Shown piece after piece: positions 1 to 12,562 of a stretch of 64,000 bases of DNA. Every line of letters begins with the position of its first letter. Positions within the stretch are counted from its first letter, which is position 1. The notes beneath the pieces were generated by a model. It was not told where the DNA came from, did not search any database, and saw nothing but the letters and a program-made list of their open reading frames with translations. The position numbers and the translations under genes were made by a program. The stretch is from Eledone cirrhosa (taxonomy: Eukaryota): NCBI GenBank assembly GCA_964016885.1, contig OZ024742.1, forward strand, positions 90,024,001 to 90,088,000, in the 5' to 3' direction.

Positions 1-58
1 TATATAGACAGAGCGGGAAAGAAAAAGAGAGACAAATAGATAGAGTGCCAATGTGACA

Positions 59-61
<3 letters not shown>

Positions 62-143
<82 letters not shown>
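62..143. repeat. (TA)n microsatellite
   Basis: Pure TA dinucleotide run. Similar runs at about 992-1101, 2347-2423, 4143-4195 and many later sites flank the PLE-like modules. Confidence 0.98.
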
Positions 144-145
<2 letters not shown>

Positions 146-950
146 CGTTTCTGAATTTGTTGAGCAAGATTCTTTATCTGAAAACGTGTGTGGAAACCGA
201 TATTGTTATGCTTTGGGAGGGTCATGTTACCAATAAGAAACACACGCACCAGTTGCTTTCACTTCAATTTATTATAAATTAAATTTATAAATTTAGGAAT
301 TTATAAATTTCCGGTTGGTTGGTTGGTTCCACAACCAGACGATTGTTCATATATTGTCAAAGTTCTTTCGTCACACATTCTGTGACCTCTTCAGTGACTG
401 GGGATTATTTTCTTTGTTTTTGTGCCTCTCCTTTGTTCTGTCCTACGCCATTTTTTGTTGTTGTGTGCTTAGTTTGCGCATGTGTTACATCCGGGTGTCT
501 GTGTGTGTTTAGATTTGTTTATTTATTTTTTTATTTACATGTTACTGGTTGGTTGGTTGTTCTAAGTGTGTGTGTGTTTTCATTTTGTCCTTAATTGTAA
601 GTTGTGATGATGCTATTCCATTCATGTTTTCTATTTAATTTTGGTTGGAGTTCATTTATGTTTATTGCCTCTGTGATTTGTCTAAACATTGCGTCTTTTC
701 TGTGTGTAGATTTTATTTTTATTTCTATGTTCTCTAATTTAGCCTTTTGTTCTATTTTAGCATGTTGGTGGAGTACAAATGATTCTTTACTATCTTGAAG
801 CTCTCGCCAGTGTTCATTTATCCCCTATTCTACGAGCTGTCTCACCTATGTACACTATATTCTTATCTCTACATTGTCTTTCAGTACATCTTATGCTATA
901 TACTACATTTCTAGTTTTACAGTTAATATGGGGGTTTAGTTTACAGATTA
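144..950 (-). mobile_element. Penelope-like element 3' fragment: degenerate GIY-YIG endonuclease plus pLTR/3' module
   Basis: The minus strand at about 600-925 reads NCKTRNVVYSIRCTERQCRDKNIVYIGETARRIGD, then after a frameshift NEHWRELQDSKES...ITEAININELQPKLNRKHE. This matches the VVY...YIGET GIY-YIG pattern of PLEs. Bases 144-455 are an inverted copy of 2745-3060. Confidence 0.85.
356..398 (-). ncRNA. Hammerhead ribozyme-like motif, type I minimal (family H1)
   Basis: Minus strand: GTCA-CTGAAGA-g-GTCACA-gaatg-TGTGAC-GAAA-gaac-TT-TGAC. Stems I and II pair; stem III is minimal. An identical motif lies at 2804-2846 (+). Confidence 0.65.
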
Positions 951-956
951 TACATT

Positions 957-1104
<148 letters not shown>

Positions 1105-1152
1105 ATAAAATAACAGGAGGCTGGACTGGTGTAATTCCTTAAAAGGTTTATT

Positions 1153-1210
1153 ATACTATGATCATTTCAATGACCGGTTTCAGTACGAATCCGGTGATAT
1201 CATCAGTTAT
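1153..1210 (-). ncRNA. Hammerhead ribozyme-like motif (family H2), stem I mismatched
   Basis: Minus strand: ataa-CTGATGA-tatcaccggattcgtactgaaaccggtcatt-GAAA-TGATCA-TA-gtat. Stem III is the palindrome ATGATCAT. Confidence 0.6.
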
Positions 1211-2096
1211 TCGAAATATATCAAAGGAATATAATAGACAAAATCCATGGGGCTGAAAATATTTTCAGGCCTTTTGGGATTCACTTTGGATATTCAGACT
1301 CGAACATACACTAGGTATCACCTGATACCATTCCTACTCTTCCATCCTGTATATCTATATGTATAACATTGCATTCCCCAACCGTGCTATATATTGCCCA
1401 TTTACTGCACCTTGATCTGTATTTTATTTCTTCTGTATTGTGATTTCTTCGATATGTTCTTATATACTTCCTTTTTACTCCATACATCACCACCCTAGGT
1501 ATGACTGCATTTTGTATTTTACTTATGGTTTTATTTATGTATTTATTTACTCCCTTTGCTCTCCTTATATACGTATCCTTGTACTCATTAGCACACGACC
1601 CTAGAATATTACTCTCTGTACCCTGTCTATCTTTATTCACTCCCCCTACCCACCCAGGAATCACACTACGTATAACCCGGACTAACTATAGCCTATTTGC
1701 ACATTTCATCAGATTTTATCACTTTGAACTTCACGTCACGGGTGAGAATAACTAATAATCGTTTGGTACACGCGATGATCCGACTGATGTGGCGGCTTTT
1801 CCGACTGCACACCAGTCGCTTGGGTCGATCAACCTTCCTTGAGTGCTTGGAAAAATAAATTTCCCCTTCTTTCGGTAAACGAAAATACTCGGAACGGCTG
1901 CTTCGCCCAAGGGCCCTGTCTGACTTGGAACCCGACGCGACACCGGTTATTGACCGCCAAACCGTACCTTTAAATTCTAGACTTAATCATAACTTTTAAT
2001 TTTATCTTGCCTCTTTCTACTAGCATTTAACTAAATCCCCCACAAGTGTGAATAACTAATAATCGTTTGGTATTATATTCCTTTGTTATATTTCGA

Positions 2097-2154
2097 ATAC
2101 CTGATGATGTCATCGGATTCATACTGAACCCGTTCATTGAAATGATCATAGTAT
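2097..2154 (+). ncRNA. Hammerhead ribozyme-like motif (family H2)
   Basis: ATAC-CTGATGA-(stem II, degenerate)-GAAA-TGATCA-TA|GTAT. Stem I is ATAC/GTAT, stem III is palindromic, and the cleavage triplet is AUA. Confidence 0.7.
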
Positions 2155-2342
2155 AATAAACCTTTTAATGAATTACACCAGTCCAGCCTCCTGTTATTTT
2201 ATAATAATTAACTCCGTACTCGCACCACCAACTACACAAACGAAGACGGGTGAGTTGCATTACGTTGAGTGCTCTCCATCATATTACATCGAGGTTGACG
2301 ATACGGAATGACCAGTTCTATCCAGTGGTGAACCAATAAACT

Positions 2343-2432
<90 letters not shown>

Positions 2433-2744
2433 TAAATTAAATTAAATTAAGGGAGTCATGTCTGAGACATGCGCCATATCCACCGTAGAATAAGCTCAAA
2501 GATTCCAATGAATAGATCCGAGCCTTTTATATCACCTAGAAACTGATTGACATACTTATATTTAAAATAAACACATGAAACAATCACAGAGATGTGTAAG
2601 CACAGATCGTTAAATCTTCCCCCTTGCTGAAGATCCAACATTTGACTACTGTGATCCCCTGTGATTGTTTCATATGTTTATTTTAAATATATGTATGTCA
2701 ATCAATTTCTAGTTGATATATATATATGTTGTCAACACTCACAA

Positions 2745-3056
2745 AAACAAGATGGCGTAGGACAGAACAAAGGAGAGGCACAAAGCAAAGAGAAGAATCC
2801 CCAGTCACTGAAGAGGTCACAGAATGTGTGACGAAAGAACTTTGACAATATATGAACAACGGTCCGGTTGTGGAACCAACCAACCAACCGGTAATTTATA
2901 AATTCTTAAATTTATAAATTTAATTTATAATAAATTGGAGTGAAGCAACTGGTGCGTGTGTTTCTTATTGGCAACACGACCCTCCCATAGTACAACAATA
3001 TCGGTTTCAACACACGTTTTCAGATAAAGAATCTTGCTAAAACAAATTCCAAAACG

Positions 3057-3060
<4 letters not shown>
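2745..3060 (+). mobile_element. PLE pLTR module (family H1), inverted copy of 144-455
   Basis: Near-identical reverse complement of 144-455. It ends at (TA)n and contains the hammerhead motif at 2804-2846. Confidence 0.8.
2804..2846 (+). ncRNA. Hammerhead ribozyme-like motif (family H1)
   Basis: GTCA-CTGAAGA-gGTCACAgaatgTGTGAC-GAAA-gaac-TT|TGAC. Confidence 0.65.
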
Positions 3061-3095
<35 letters not shown>

Positions 3096-4030
3096 GGAGG
3101 TGAGTTTTATTGTAGTACAATAAAGCAATGCAGTGTATATATATATATATATATATGTGCCTTTGAGAAAAAGATTCTTTATCAATTTAGAATATTTTTC
3201 TCAAAGGCACATATATATATATACACTTCTTTTAAAAATATACCCATCTTTCTACCTTATTTCAAAGGTTATTATACTTTCTATAATACTTGTTACTCAT
3301 TCTACATCGCTCCTATTTATCACTTCCCTTTCTTATCTTCTTCATTTAATGTCTAACCCCTAATCTGTACCTTTTCTCACTCTTGCCTAACATAGAATCA
3401 ATTATTACATAATACAATACATTCTTACTCTATATCACCTTGTAAAAATCCTTCGTAAACATATACATTGTTTTGACGTTAGATTATTCATCCTCAATTC
3501 ATTATTCTTTTCTCCCTTTCATGCTCATCTCACAATATTTCCTTACTTAAATAACCTGTTGTTCCTTTTAATAATACATATCAACACTTTCTTTCCATCG
3601 CACATATTATTAAACCCTTAAACATTATTCTCAATACATATTAACATTTTCTTTTTCATCGCACATATTATCAAAACCATCAATATACAAACCTTAACTT
3701 TACATTATTTTTCTCTTCGTTAATTTTCAAATTCTTTTAATTTATACATTATCTTCCAACGGTTTTCAACCTCTCTATGTAAAACAATATATCTTTCTCA
3801 GTTATAAAAGCTATCTCTCTCTCTCTATCACCCATCTCTCCTCCTATCTCATCCTTCCTCATTATACTCCTCCCTCTCCACGTTTTACTCTCATCTCCTC
3901 CTCTTTTTCACCCCCCCCCCCTCTAAATAAAATATTTTTCCCAATATCACACATCAATCTAAAACTACTTCTCATATGTTGATTTAAAACTGAACTATCC
4001 ACAAGTGTTTTTTAACCTTCATATCATGTC

Positions 4031-4112
4031 TTCCTGTTTTATCTGATGAAAACACAAATATTATTGCATGAAGATATTTGTTTTTGAAATGCGCATAATA
4101 AAATACATGGAA
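4031..4112 (+). ncRNA. Hammerhead ribozyme, type I with palindromic stem III (family H4)
   Basis: TTTTAT-CTGATGA(4043-4049)-aaacacaaatat...atatttgttttt-GAAA(4086-4089)-TGCGCA-TA|ATAAAA. Stem I is TTTTAT/ATAAAA, stem II is long, and stem III is the palindrome ATGCGCAT. (TA)n follows about 30 nt later. Confidence 0.8.
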
Positions 4113-4135
4113 CTCTTTTAACCATCTTTTGTTCT

Positions 4136-4240
<105 letters not shown>

Positions 4241-4244
4241 TGTG

Positions 4245-4304
<60 letters not shown>

Positions 4305-4590
4305 TTAGAATTAGGATAGGTGCTCTGAAATAGATATATACATGAATGTATGTATAGTATATTTGCCAATATAATGTATGTTTAATTAAAAACATTTAGA
4401 AGACCATACGTTCATATATTTTCTTCTTTCATAACGTTTATATTTCCCGTCTTTCATTTATTTAAAACACACGTTAATTTCAAAGTTTTCTTTTCTCCGT
4501 ATCAGCTTTAATTTTTTTTCCCTTTAACATATATTTATTTCTAAGATTTCACCGTAGAGATAACATATATTTATACATACATGACAGAAA

Positions 4591-7500
4591 ATGTACGGGG
4601 GACGCAGCAAACATTTCTCATCTAAATCTCAACGCTTGGTAGCAGACGCAGAACGGCAAAGAGAGACAAGGGCAAATCAATCAAACAATAATCGCTCTAC
4701 AACATTCCAACGAATTTTTACAAATGTAGTTCAGCTAACACACCAACAACAACTTGCAACAAATACACCAAACGTTCAGAGAGGAAGGAACAGGTCAATT
4801 GAAGGTCTGGCAAAGAATCCTACAGATGAACATTTCCAGGAGCAAATTGTTCTTTCCATAATGCCACATCACAATGCATGGGTTCTCTTTGCCTCTGTTT
4901 GTCCGCACTGCAAAGTTTATCACTGGCCACATGAACCCAAATCTTTTTGTGTTGCTTCCAAGAAAAAGTAAAACTCCTTCAACTTCCTCCTCCTTCACCA
5001 AATATACTCAAATATTTCGATATCACTCAAGCAGGAAATTCTTTTCTCCATACGATACATGCATATAACATTGTGCTTGCCTTAGTTTCAATTGGTTACA
5101 AAGAGATTAGAGCACCAGGATTTAGTCCCACATTTAAGATCCAAGGTAAGGTTTGTCATGTTATTGGATCACTACTTCCAAGTGATGCTGCACCCAAGTT
5201 TGCGCAGCTTTACAGATCATGAGCTTAAGAACCGCTTGCATCATGCAAATTTAGATCCTGCTGTCCTGCAGGACCTGCAAGGACACTTGCACTACTGCAG
5301 CTCCTATATAAGAAGCTTCAAAGCGGTCATTGAAATGCCAGTCTCTGAAAATGTCAATATTGTCCTATATGCTGATAAAGTAAAACCCACCTATTTTCAT
5401 TATTGCGCATATAATCTTCCCATGGTATCTGTGATTGCTGTCATTCAATCTGAAACAGCATTAAGTCTCTTGGATGTCATTCATAAAAGAGATGGTAGTC
5501 TTCAGAGGATTCATCAGTTGCACCGTTGTTATGATCCTCTGCATTATGTGCTACTGTTTCTTGGGGGAATGATGTGTTTCAGGCTGATTTGAAAAGGATT
5601 GACAACTACACACGCACACCCACTGATTTCTACTGTTATCGGTTTCAGGTTAGGCAAGGTGACTGTAACATTATCACGACGAGCAGGCGGCTGATGCAGC
5701 GATATGCTGTAGATACTCAGGCAAAAATAGAACAGTGCTGCCTCAAAGGGGCCCACAACAAGCAAACGAGCTTAAAAGTATAAGGGTTTTTATGATGCTG
5801 GGGCTGAAGGAGATTCAGTAAATGCAGCCCGGAGAATTGTTCTTCCTCCTTCAATCTATGGTTCCCCTCGCTTCTACAGTGAGTGCTTCCATAATTCGTC
5901 GACTGTGGTTCGACACATAGGAAAGCCATCTTATTTCATCACAGTAAAAACTAACCCTAACAGGGGTGAAATAAAAATTAGTCTGCACCTTGGTGAAGAA
6001 CCTAGGAACCGTCCTCATATTTGTGCAAGAGTCTTCAAGATCAAGTATGACAGCCTCATGGATGACATTCTGAAAAAAAATGTCTCTCCAATTCTCTATA
6101 TGATCATCACATCCTGCAGCATTCATGGCCCATGTGGACAAGCTAATATGATGTGTTCATGTATGGAAGGACCAGGAGAACAATGCCATTGCTCAAAACG
6201 TTATCCTAAGACATTCTAACAAACCCCATTTGTTGCCGAAAATTCCTTTCCGAAGCATAGAAAGAGGTATAGACAGCATGGTGGTCACGCCCATACAATC
6301 GAACTTAAAGGTCAAGCATTTACTGTGGATAATGTTTGGACTGTTCCATACAACCCTTTCCGCTCATTAAGATATCAGAGCCACATCAATTGTGATGTTG
6401 CCCACAACGTCAAGTCTGTGAAGTACTTATGTAAGTACATCACAAAAGGATCAGACAAGATCACTTTCATTATTAGAGATGAGCAAGGAAATTTTGTCAA
6501 TGCCCAAAATGAGACTGAGACCTATATCAATGCACGGTACATGTAAACCAGTGAAGCATTCTAGAGAATCTATAAATATCCGTTACATCATCGGAAACTG
6601 CCAGTTGAAAAGTTGCCTTGCCATTTACCCGGGGAACAAATGGTCGTGTATGAGCAAGAGCAGGAAGAAAGTGTTATTTCTAGGGAACAGCCAATGACTA
6701 AGTTGACGGAATATTTTCAAATGAATATTGGAGACCCACTGGCACAAAACATATTGTATATTAATATTCCTAAATATTTCACTTGGACAAACAAAAAGTG
6801 GCAAAGAAGAAAAATGGAATATCTGGATGGTAATCAACAATTTATGAGTGAATCTCTTGGACGCATTCCAACAGCATCTCTCAGTAGACATCAATCTGAA
6901 TATATTATCTCGGGATGGGATCAACTTCATACAAATATTTGAGGACAATTGAGGGAGTTGAATTTCCAACATACCAAGAAGCATGCAGAAAACTTGTTCT
7001 GCTGGATTAAGATGGAAAAAAAGACAAAACTATAGAAGAGGCCTCATCTATTACGCTTGGTCTTCAGTTACGAGAGATCTTCTGTACCATTTTATTGTAC
7101 TGTATGCCAAATGATCCTCTGCAGTTCTGGGAGAAATGGAAGAATTGTCTTGCAGAGGATATCATGCATGAACGTCATGAGTAAGTCATGTCCAAGCAAA
7201 CCGTGCAGATAGTTCTACAGAAGATCCAACAAAGACTTCCATATGCTGGCTTGGACATTCATGTCAACTATGGAATTCCTCAGCCAGACCCAACTATTGT
7301 TGCCATATCAGACATCAACAGGGTTTTTATGGCAGAAACTGATTTTAATACACACCAACTGCAAGCAAACATAAATAAACTTCTGCCAACATTGAATCCT
7401 TAGTAACTGGTTATTTTTCACAAAGTAATCACCTCTGTAAATGAAAATAAAGGTAGAATTTTCTGCTTGAATGCAAGTGCAGGCACAGGTAAGACATGTT

Positions 7501-8700
7501 TTCAACATCATATTGGGTTACCTCCAATCTCAAAAAAATAAAATTGCACTTGCCACTGCCATATCTGGAATAGCAGTCACTTTGCTTCACAGTGGTAGAA
7601 CTCTTCATTCCAAGTACAAGATTGCTCTCAATGTGACAGCTGAATCAAGTTGCTTCTTCACAAAGAGAGATGCCACAGTTAAACTTATGCAGCAAGCTGA
7701 CCTGCTAATCATTAATGAGATATGTATGGGACATAAGCATATCTTTGAATGCCTTGACAGGAGCTTCAAAGATGTTCGATATTGCAAAAAGCCATTTGGT
7801 GGTCTAACAGTATTAATATTTGGTGACTAGAAGCAAATTCTTCCAGTTGTACAACATGGTGCTAGACGACAAATAGTTGAGACAACCATCAAGAGATCTT
7901 ATCTCTGGGACTATGCTGGAACCATGGAGATGACAACCAATCAACGGTTGTTTAATGCGGGGGATTCTGATGAAAGTTAGTTTGCAAACTACCCTCTTGA
8001 TGTAGGAAATGGTAACATTCCAACTGTTCCAACTGTAGGTGCATTCACAATTCCTCTCCCAAATGAATTTTGTCTTGAATATGGACTGTGTTATTTTGTG
8101 TATACAAATCTTCCAGGAAACTACTTTAAGCCACTATGGTTTGCAAATAGAGTCATTATCAATCCAACAAATGATGCAGCATGATTGGTGAATGAGTTCA
8201 TGTTAAACAAGTTCCCAGGTCATGAAATAATCTACAGAAGCTCAGATACAGTAGATAATGAACTGCAATATCAATTTAGTTCATCAACAAACTTACCCCA
8301 TCAATCTCCCCAACACACATACTTAAACTGAAGAAAGGTAGATGCATCACGCTTCTGAGAAATCTGGATCCTCTAAACGAGTATTGTAATGGTACACACT
8401 ACATCAACATCAGTTTACATAATCATGTAATTGAAGATGAAGTGGCTTTGGGTCCCAGTGCTGGAACCAGGTTGTTTATCCCAAGGATACCACATGTGTC
8501 TCAAAAGCTTGAGTTCCCTTTTACCTTTACTCGCAAACAATTTCCTGTCAAACTAGCCTTTGCCATTACATGCAACAAAGCACAAGGACAGACATTTAAA
8601 AAGATAGATGTATATCTGCCAACACAATTCTTCTTACATGGCCAGATGTATGTTGCATTATGAGGAATTACAAAAAATGAAAATATAATAATATTAAATG
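4591..8700 (+). pseudogene. Decayed Helitron RepHel (Rep + PIF1-family helicase) transposase
   Basis: Ordered fragments are present: PTFKIQGKVCHVIGSLLP, CYDPLHYVLLF, Rep motif 1 KPSYFITVKTNP, motif 3 VKYLCKYITKGSD, Walker A CLNASAGTGKT (about 7464-7495), PFGGLTVLIFGD, and RKQFPVKLAFAITCNKAQGQT...HGQMYVAL. There are many stops and frameshifts, and the HUH motif 2 region appears deleted near 6080. Confidence 0.92.
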
Positions 8701-9002
8701 AAAGGGCTGTTTGCTGAATTCTACAGTGATGTGAAACAGCTATCACTCTCTTTTAACTGAAATGCATTTCAATTTCTTTTTAACTGCTAGAAAAGGGACA
8801 CTACAAAAATTTAAGAAGTCTATATGTGAATACAGTAAAACAACAATGTAGTGGTCAACTCTTCATATTGGTAAATGTAATTCATTCATTCCCATCAGCA
8901 GCATCTATTTTCAAATTCACTGGTTGAAGCTCCCATCGACATTCTCAAGTGAAGATTCATGAACATTTTCCGTCAACAATTTCATCGCTTTTCCATCTTC
9001 CT

Positions 9003-9195
9003 TATCGCCTTTTTTTAAAGTGAACCATGGATTACTTTACTGATTACAGAAGAAAGTGTAACACAGTCTTTGTTCAATTTATGTGCATATTGTCAATTTT
9101 CTTTTCAATTTTCGTACCATATCTATATGCATATATATTTACGTATGATATCAATATGCACACTACATATGCTAGAAGAAAACCACCCAATGAGT
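9003..9195 (+). repeat. Dispersed repeat, inverted homolog of about 62430-62625
   Basis: Shared blocks include CATGGATT..GATTACAGAAGA.AGTG.AACACAGTC and TGTGCATATTGTCAATT...ATGCTAG.AGAAAACC. Confidence 0.75.
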
Positions 9196-10265
9196 GGTTC
9201 TTCTGCTAGTGTTATTAATATCTCTGGATCGGAATGTTCTAAGAATCCAGGAGCACGTCGAAAAGCCGGCCATATTTACTTTGTTTTCTTTTTATGCGTT
9301 CACTCTATTTAAAATGGTTACCGACAGATATTTTGAAGAGACTGGTGTTATTTGGTACGATGCAGATTTTGCCCGAAGCAAGAGAATATGGTACCTTAAA
9401 TGAATTAGCTCGCATTTATCCTTATTTAACTACACATTGCTTTTTCTCGCCCATTGTATAACAGTGATCATACCCGTGTGACGGTACGCCCGATGTACCA
9501 CACTACTGATGACCTTCAGAAGTTTAGAATCATCGGAAAGATCTTTAATTTGCCGTGCTTAATGACTTCTATGTTGTAATAATGTTTGAAGGCTGATTTC
9601 ACAAGCACACCTAATTGAAATTCACCTGAATTGAATTAGGATTATTTTGTAAAAGAATTGTGATATAACTGTACATAGTAGGGAAATACTAACCTAGTAC
9701 AATGAAGTAAAACCACGCCAACCATATCTTGGTTCTGATATACTCCCTCCGAGCATTGGCTAGATTCAACCACGTTGACATAGTGGCCTTTTATCCCACG
9801 AATTTAGGCCACTTTAGAGCATACCCATAGGTACTCTCATTACTTGTAAAATTACATGAAAGCTGTCCTTTTAGGCACAAAATCATGCTTTATGACAATA
9901 CGTGTATATGGCTAAAGAAATTGAAACCAGAAGATTAATTTGATATCTCGATGAGTTCATACAACACTGGAATGTTCTACTTGGCGTATCTATGTAATAT
10001 ATAAAAAACATTCTTTCTATATGTATATTTTATGTTTTTTTCCTGGTATTTTCCAAAACGAAACTTTTTTCACATCACATTTAACTCTTTTCTATCACTT
10101 ATTTTCTTTCCCTTTGTTTCTTATGTATTTCATTCTTTGCTAAATATAGTCTAGCCAATTTTTATAAATTCACTTGATGATATTGTTAAGAAAGAGAGCG
10201 TGCAATTATGCAGGCATTGTTAGGTCATGTAACATTTTGTTGCAAATGGATTATCATGTGTGCAG

Positions 10266-10369
<104 letters not shown>

Positions 10370-10399
10370 GCATGCGTGTGGGCATATATATATCACCTT

Positions 10400-11150
10400 T
10401 TTGAAGATGGCGTCTCGTAAACAAGATGTAAGCATTCTCAGAGAAATGTTGTCTTCTTTTCTTACTCCTCTTTTAACTTGGTTTTGTCGCAATCTCTGAA
10501 TGGATGGAGCGCCATTGTAGAAATCCTCTAGTGGTGCTTCTCCAGTGATGTGAGTGGTGGAATGAACTAAATTAATTTAAATGTCTTTTCATAGTCGACG
10601 AAGGTGAAGGTGATCGCGCGGCAGTTTTTGAGGTCTATTCTATCAACTGTTTTTATAGATTACAGCATTCTTCCAGCTTTCAAGAACATGCCCTTCTAAA
10701 CATCAGCATCAAAAGAGGCCAAAAACGGATTCAGTTTGACTGGGCGTCTTTGGAAAAGTTTATAATATTATTAGATGTCTCAAGTTAACAATCGAAACGA
10801 AAAGAAAGTGGAGTAAGGAATATGTTCTGACGGTAGTGAATTATGGAAGTGAGGCATGGGAACTCAACACACCACTGCAGAGATTTTGCGGTGGCCCAAC
10901 GCAAAATAGAGTGAATCATGCTCAGAATCACATTAAGTGGTAAGAAGAGCAACACATGGATTTGACAGCTGACTGGAGTGAAGGGCATAATCGAGACCAT
11001 CGAGAAGTGTAAACAGATGAGCTGGTCAGGTCACTCGTTTCAGAAACAACTGGTGGACTATTAGTGCCACAGTATGGAAACCTAGGCAGTGGAGAAGAAC
11101 TAGAGAGTGCACAAAGGCAAGATGTTCCGTATATCTGACCCGATACCTCG
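10400..11150. mobile_element. Highly decayed RTE-like LINE RT fragments (two pieces in opposite orientations)
   Basis: The minus strand at about 10585-10612 encodes FTFVDYEKTF (RT motif FVDYEKAFD). The plus strand at about 10885-11010 encodes AVAQRKIE*IMLRITLSGKKSNTWI*QLTGVKGIIETI, resembling an RTE thumb region. Confidence 0.55.
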
Positions 11151-11378
11151 GCCCAATATGGCCAGAGATAGGAAGCGGTGGAGGTCAAGCACGACAGGAG
11201 TGAGAAGGAGCTGGGTCTTGATTTTGGCTTCTGATATGTATAAATATATTTGATTGATTTACCTCGTATATATATAAATATTATCGACGACAGAAGAATG
11301 AAAGGATAGGTCGCTCCTAGTCATAATTAGAATCATAATGCACAGACATGTAATAACAACAACATAATAAATTGTCTT

Positions 11379-11888
11379 CTCAAGGCGCCTGAACAGGTTG
11401 GTGAGGCTCTTGCACCCTCCCCCACTATCGGCCAATCCCACACAGTCCCAGCGTGCATCTAAGATCTCGTTCCAGTCGTCCACTAACACTAAAGAGCGGG
11501 ACGTTCCAAGAAAGGTCTCCAGACGCCGGAAGAAATCAGGCCGCCCTGCTCCTGTCGGGACATAGACGGCCACTAGCCTGAAAGCTTGCCCGTCTCCGCT
11601 GGTCACATCCAGCACCAGCAACTTACCTTCTCGGTCCAGGAAGATGGCCCGTATCCAAACCTCTCCGAAAAAGCACAACAACTCCTCCCCCCGATCCAGG
11701 ACGGCTGGGAGATGCGTACACTCGTAGCCGCCGAAGATCCGTGCGAAGGCCCGTGCTTCGGAGATTCTGGTCTCGCTGATGGCCACTACATCTATGTTTA
11801 GTGACCTGAGGTCGTTGAGCAGGTGACCCTGCTTCCATGACGACCCCAAGCCACGCGCATTTATGCTGCCTATTCTGAGTGAGGTCAT
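11379..11888 (-). pseudogene. Tx1-like ORF2 apurinic-like endonuclease fragment
   Basis: SINARGL, ISET and LVLVDDWN (GDWN in copy 2) motifs; frameshifted and truncated. Confidence 0.85.
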
Positions 11889-12562
11889 GTTTAAAATAGA
11901 GTGGAAAAGATGGGAAAGACCACTTACCGTACTTTTGGTAGAGGAGGGATGGTTTTTACATCCCTTTTCACTTGATCGTCTGGTGAAGGGACCGTTGAAT
12001 CGTCCCTTCGGCTGGTCGTCGGCTCTTCTAAGAGAATGTCTGAATATACTCTTCGATTGATGGTTCCTCCTAGGTCCCTGAAATCACCAACTGCGTTGGG
12101 GAATTTCGTTTTAATGTTTGTGTATTGTTTCTGTGCTATTTTTAGCAGTCTTATGTTAGTTGGCGTTTTGATTGGTGCTGGTATTATGTAGTCCTGTTGT
12201 GAAATGTCTGTGTGTTCAATTATGTAAGTCATTAGTTTCTTGTTGTGTGTGTTTATTGCCGTGCATTTGTTTTTCTGCGGGTGGGGTGGGTTTCTGCTAT
12301 TTTCTTGTCGTTGTTGCTGGGTGTGTGTGTTTTGTTGATGTGTTTGCGATGTTGGTGCTTGTGGTGGTGGTGTTGAAGGTGTTGTTGGCGGTGGGGTTGT
12401 CGCCGGTGGTGATGGTGGTGCTGGTGTGGGTGGTGATGGTGTTGGTGGTGTTGCTGCTGTGGGTCTCTTTGCAGTAGACTTTACCCTTTTCTCATTTCTT
12501 TCCTCCCTTTTCAAAGGCGACGATGCGCTGCTTCTGCGTTTGTGCCTTCTTGCGACCTTTTG

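Noticed and set aside
3400-3790. Possible plus-strand GIY-YIG relic upstream of the H4 hammerhead
   Set aside because: Only faint motif resemblance through many stops; plausible from context but not callable by eye.
9502-9549. Additional hammerhead candidate CTGATGA...GAAAGATCTT with palindromic AGATCT
   Set aside because: Stems I and II pair poorly and it is a single copy; it may be a decayed motif but cannot be supported.
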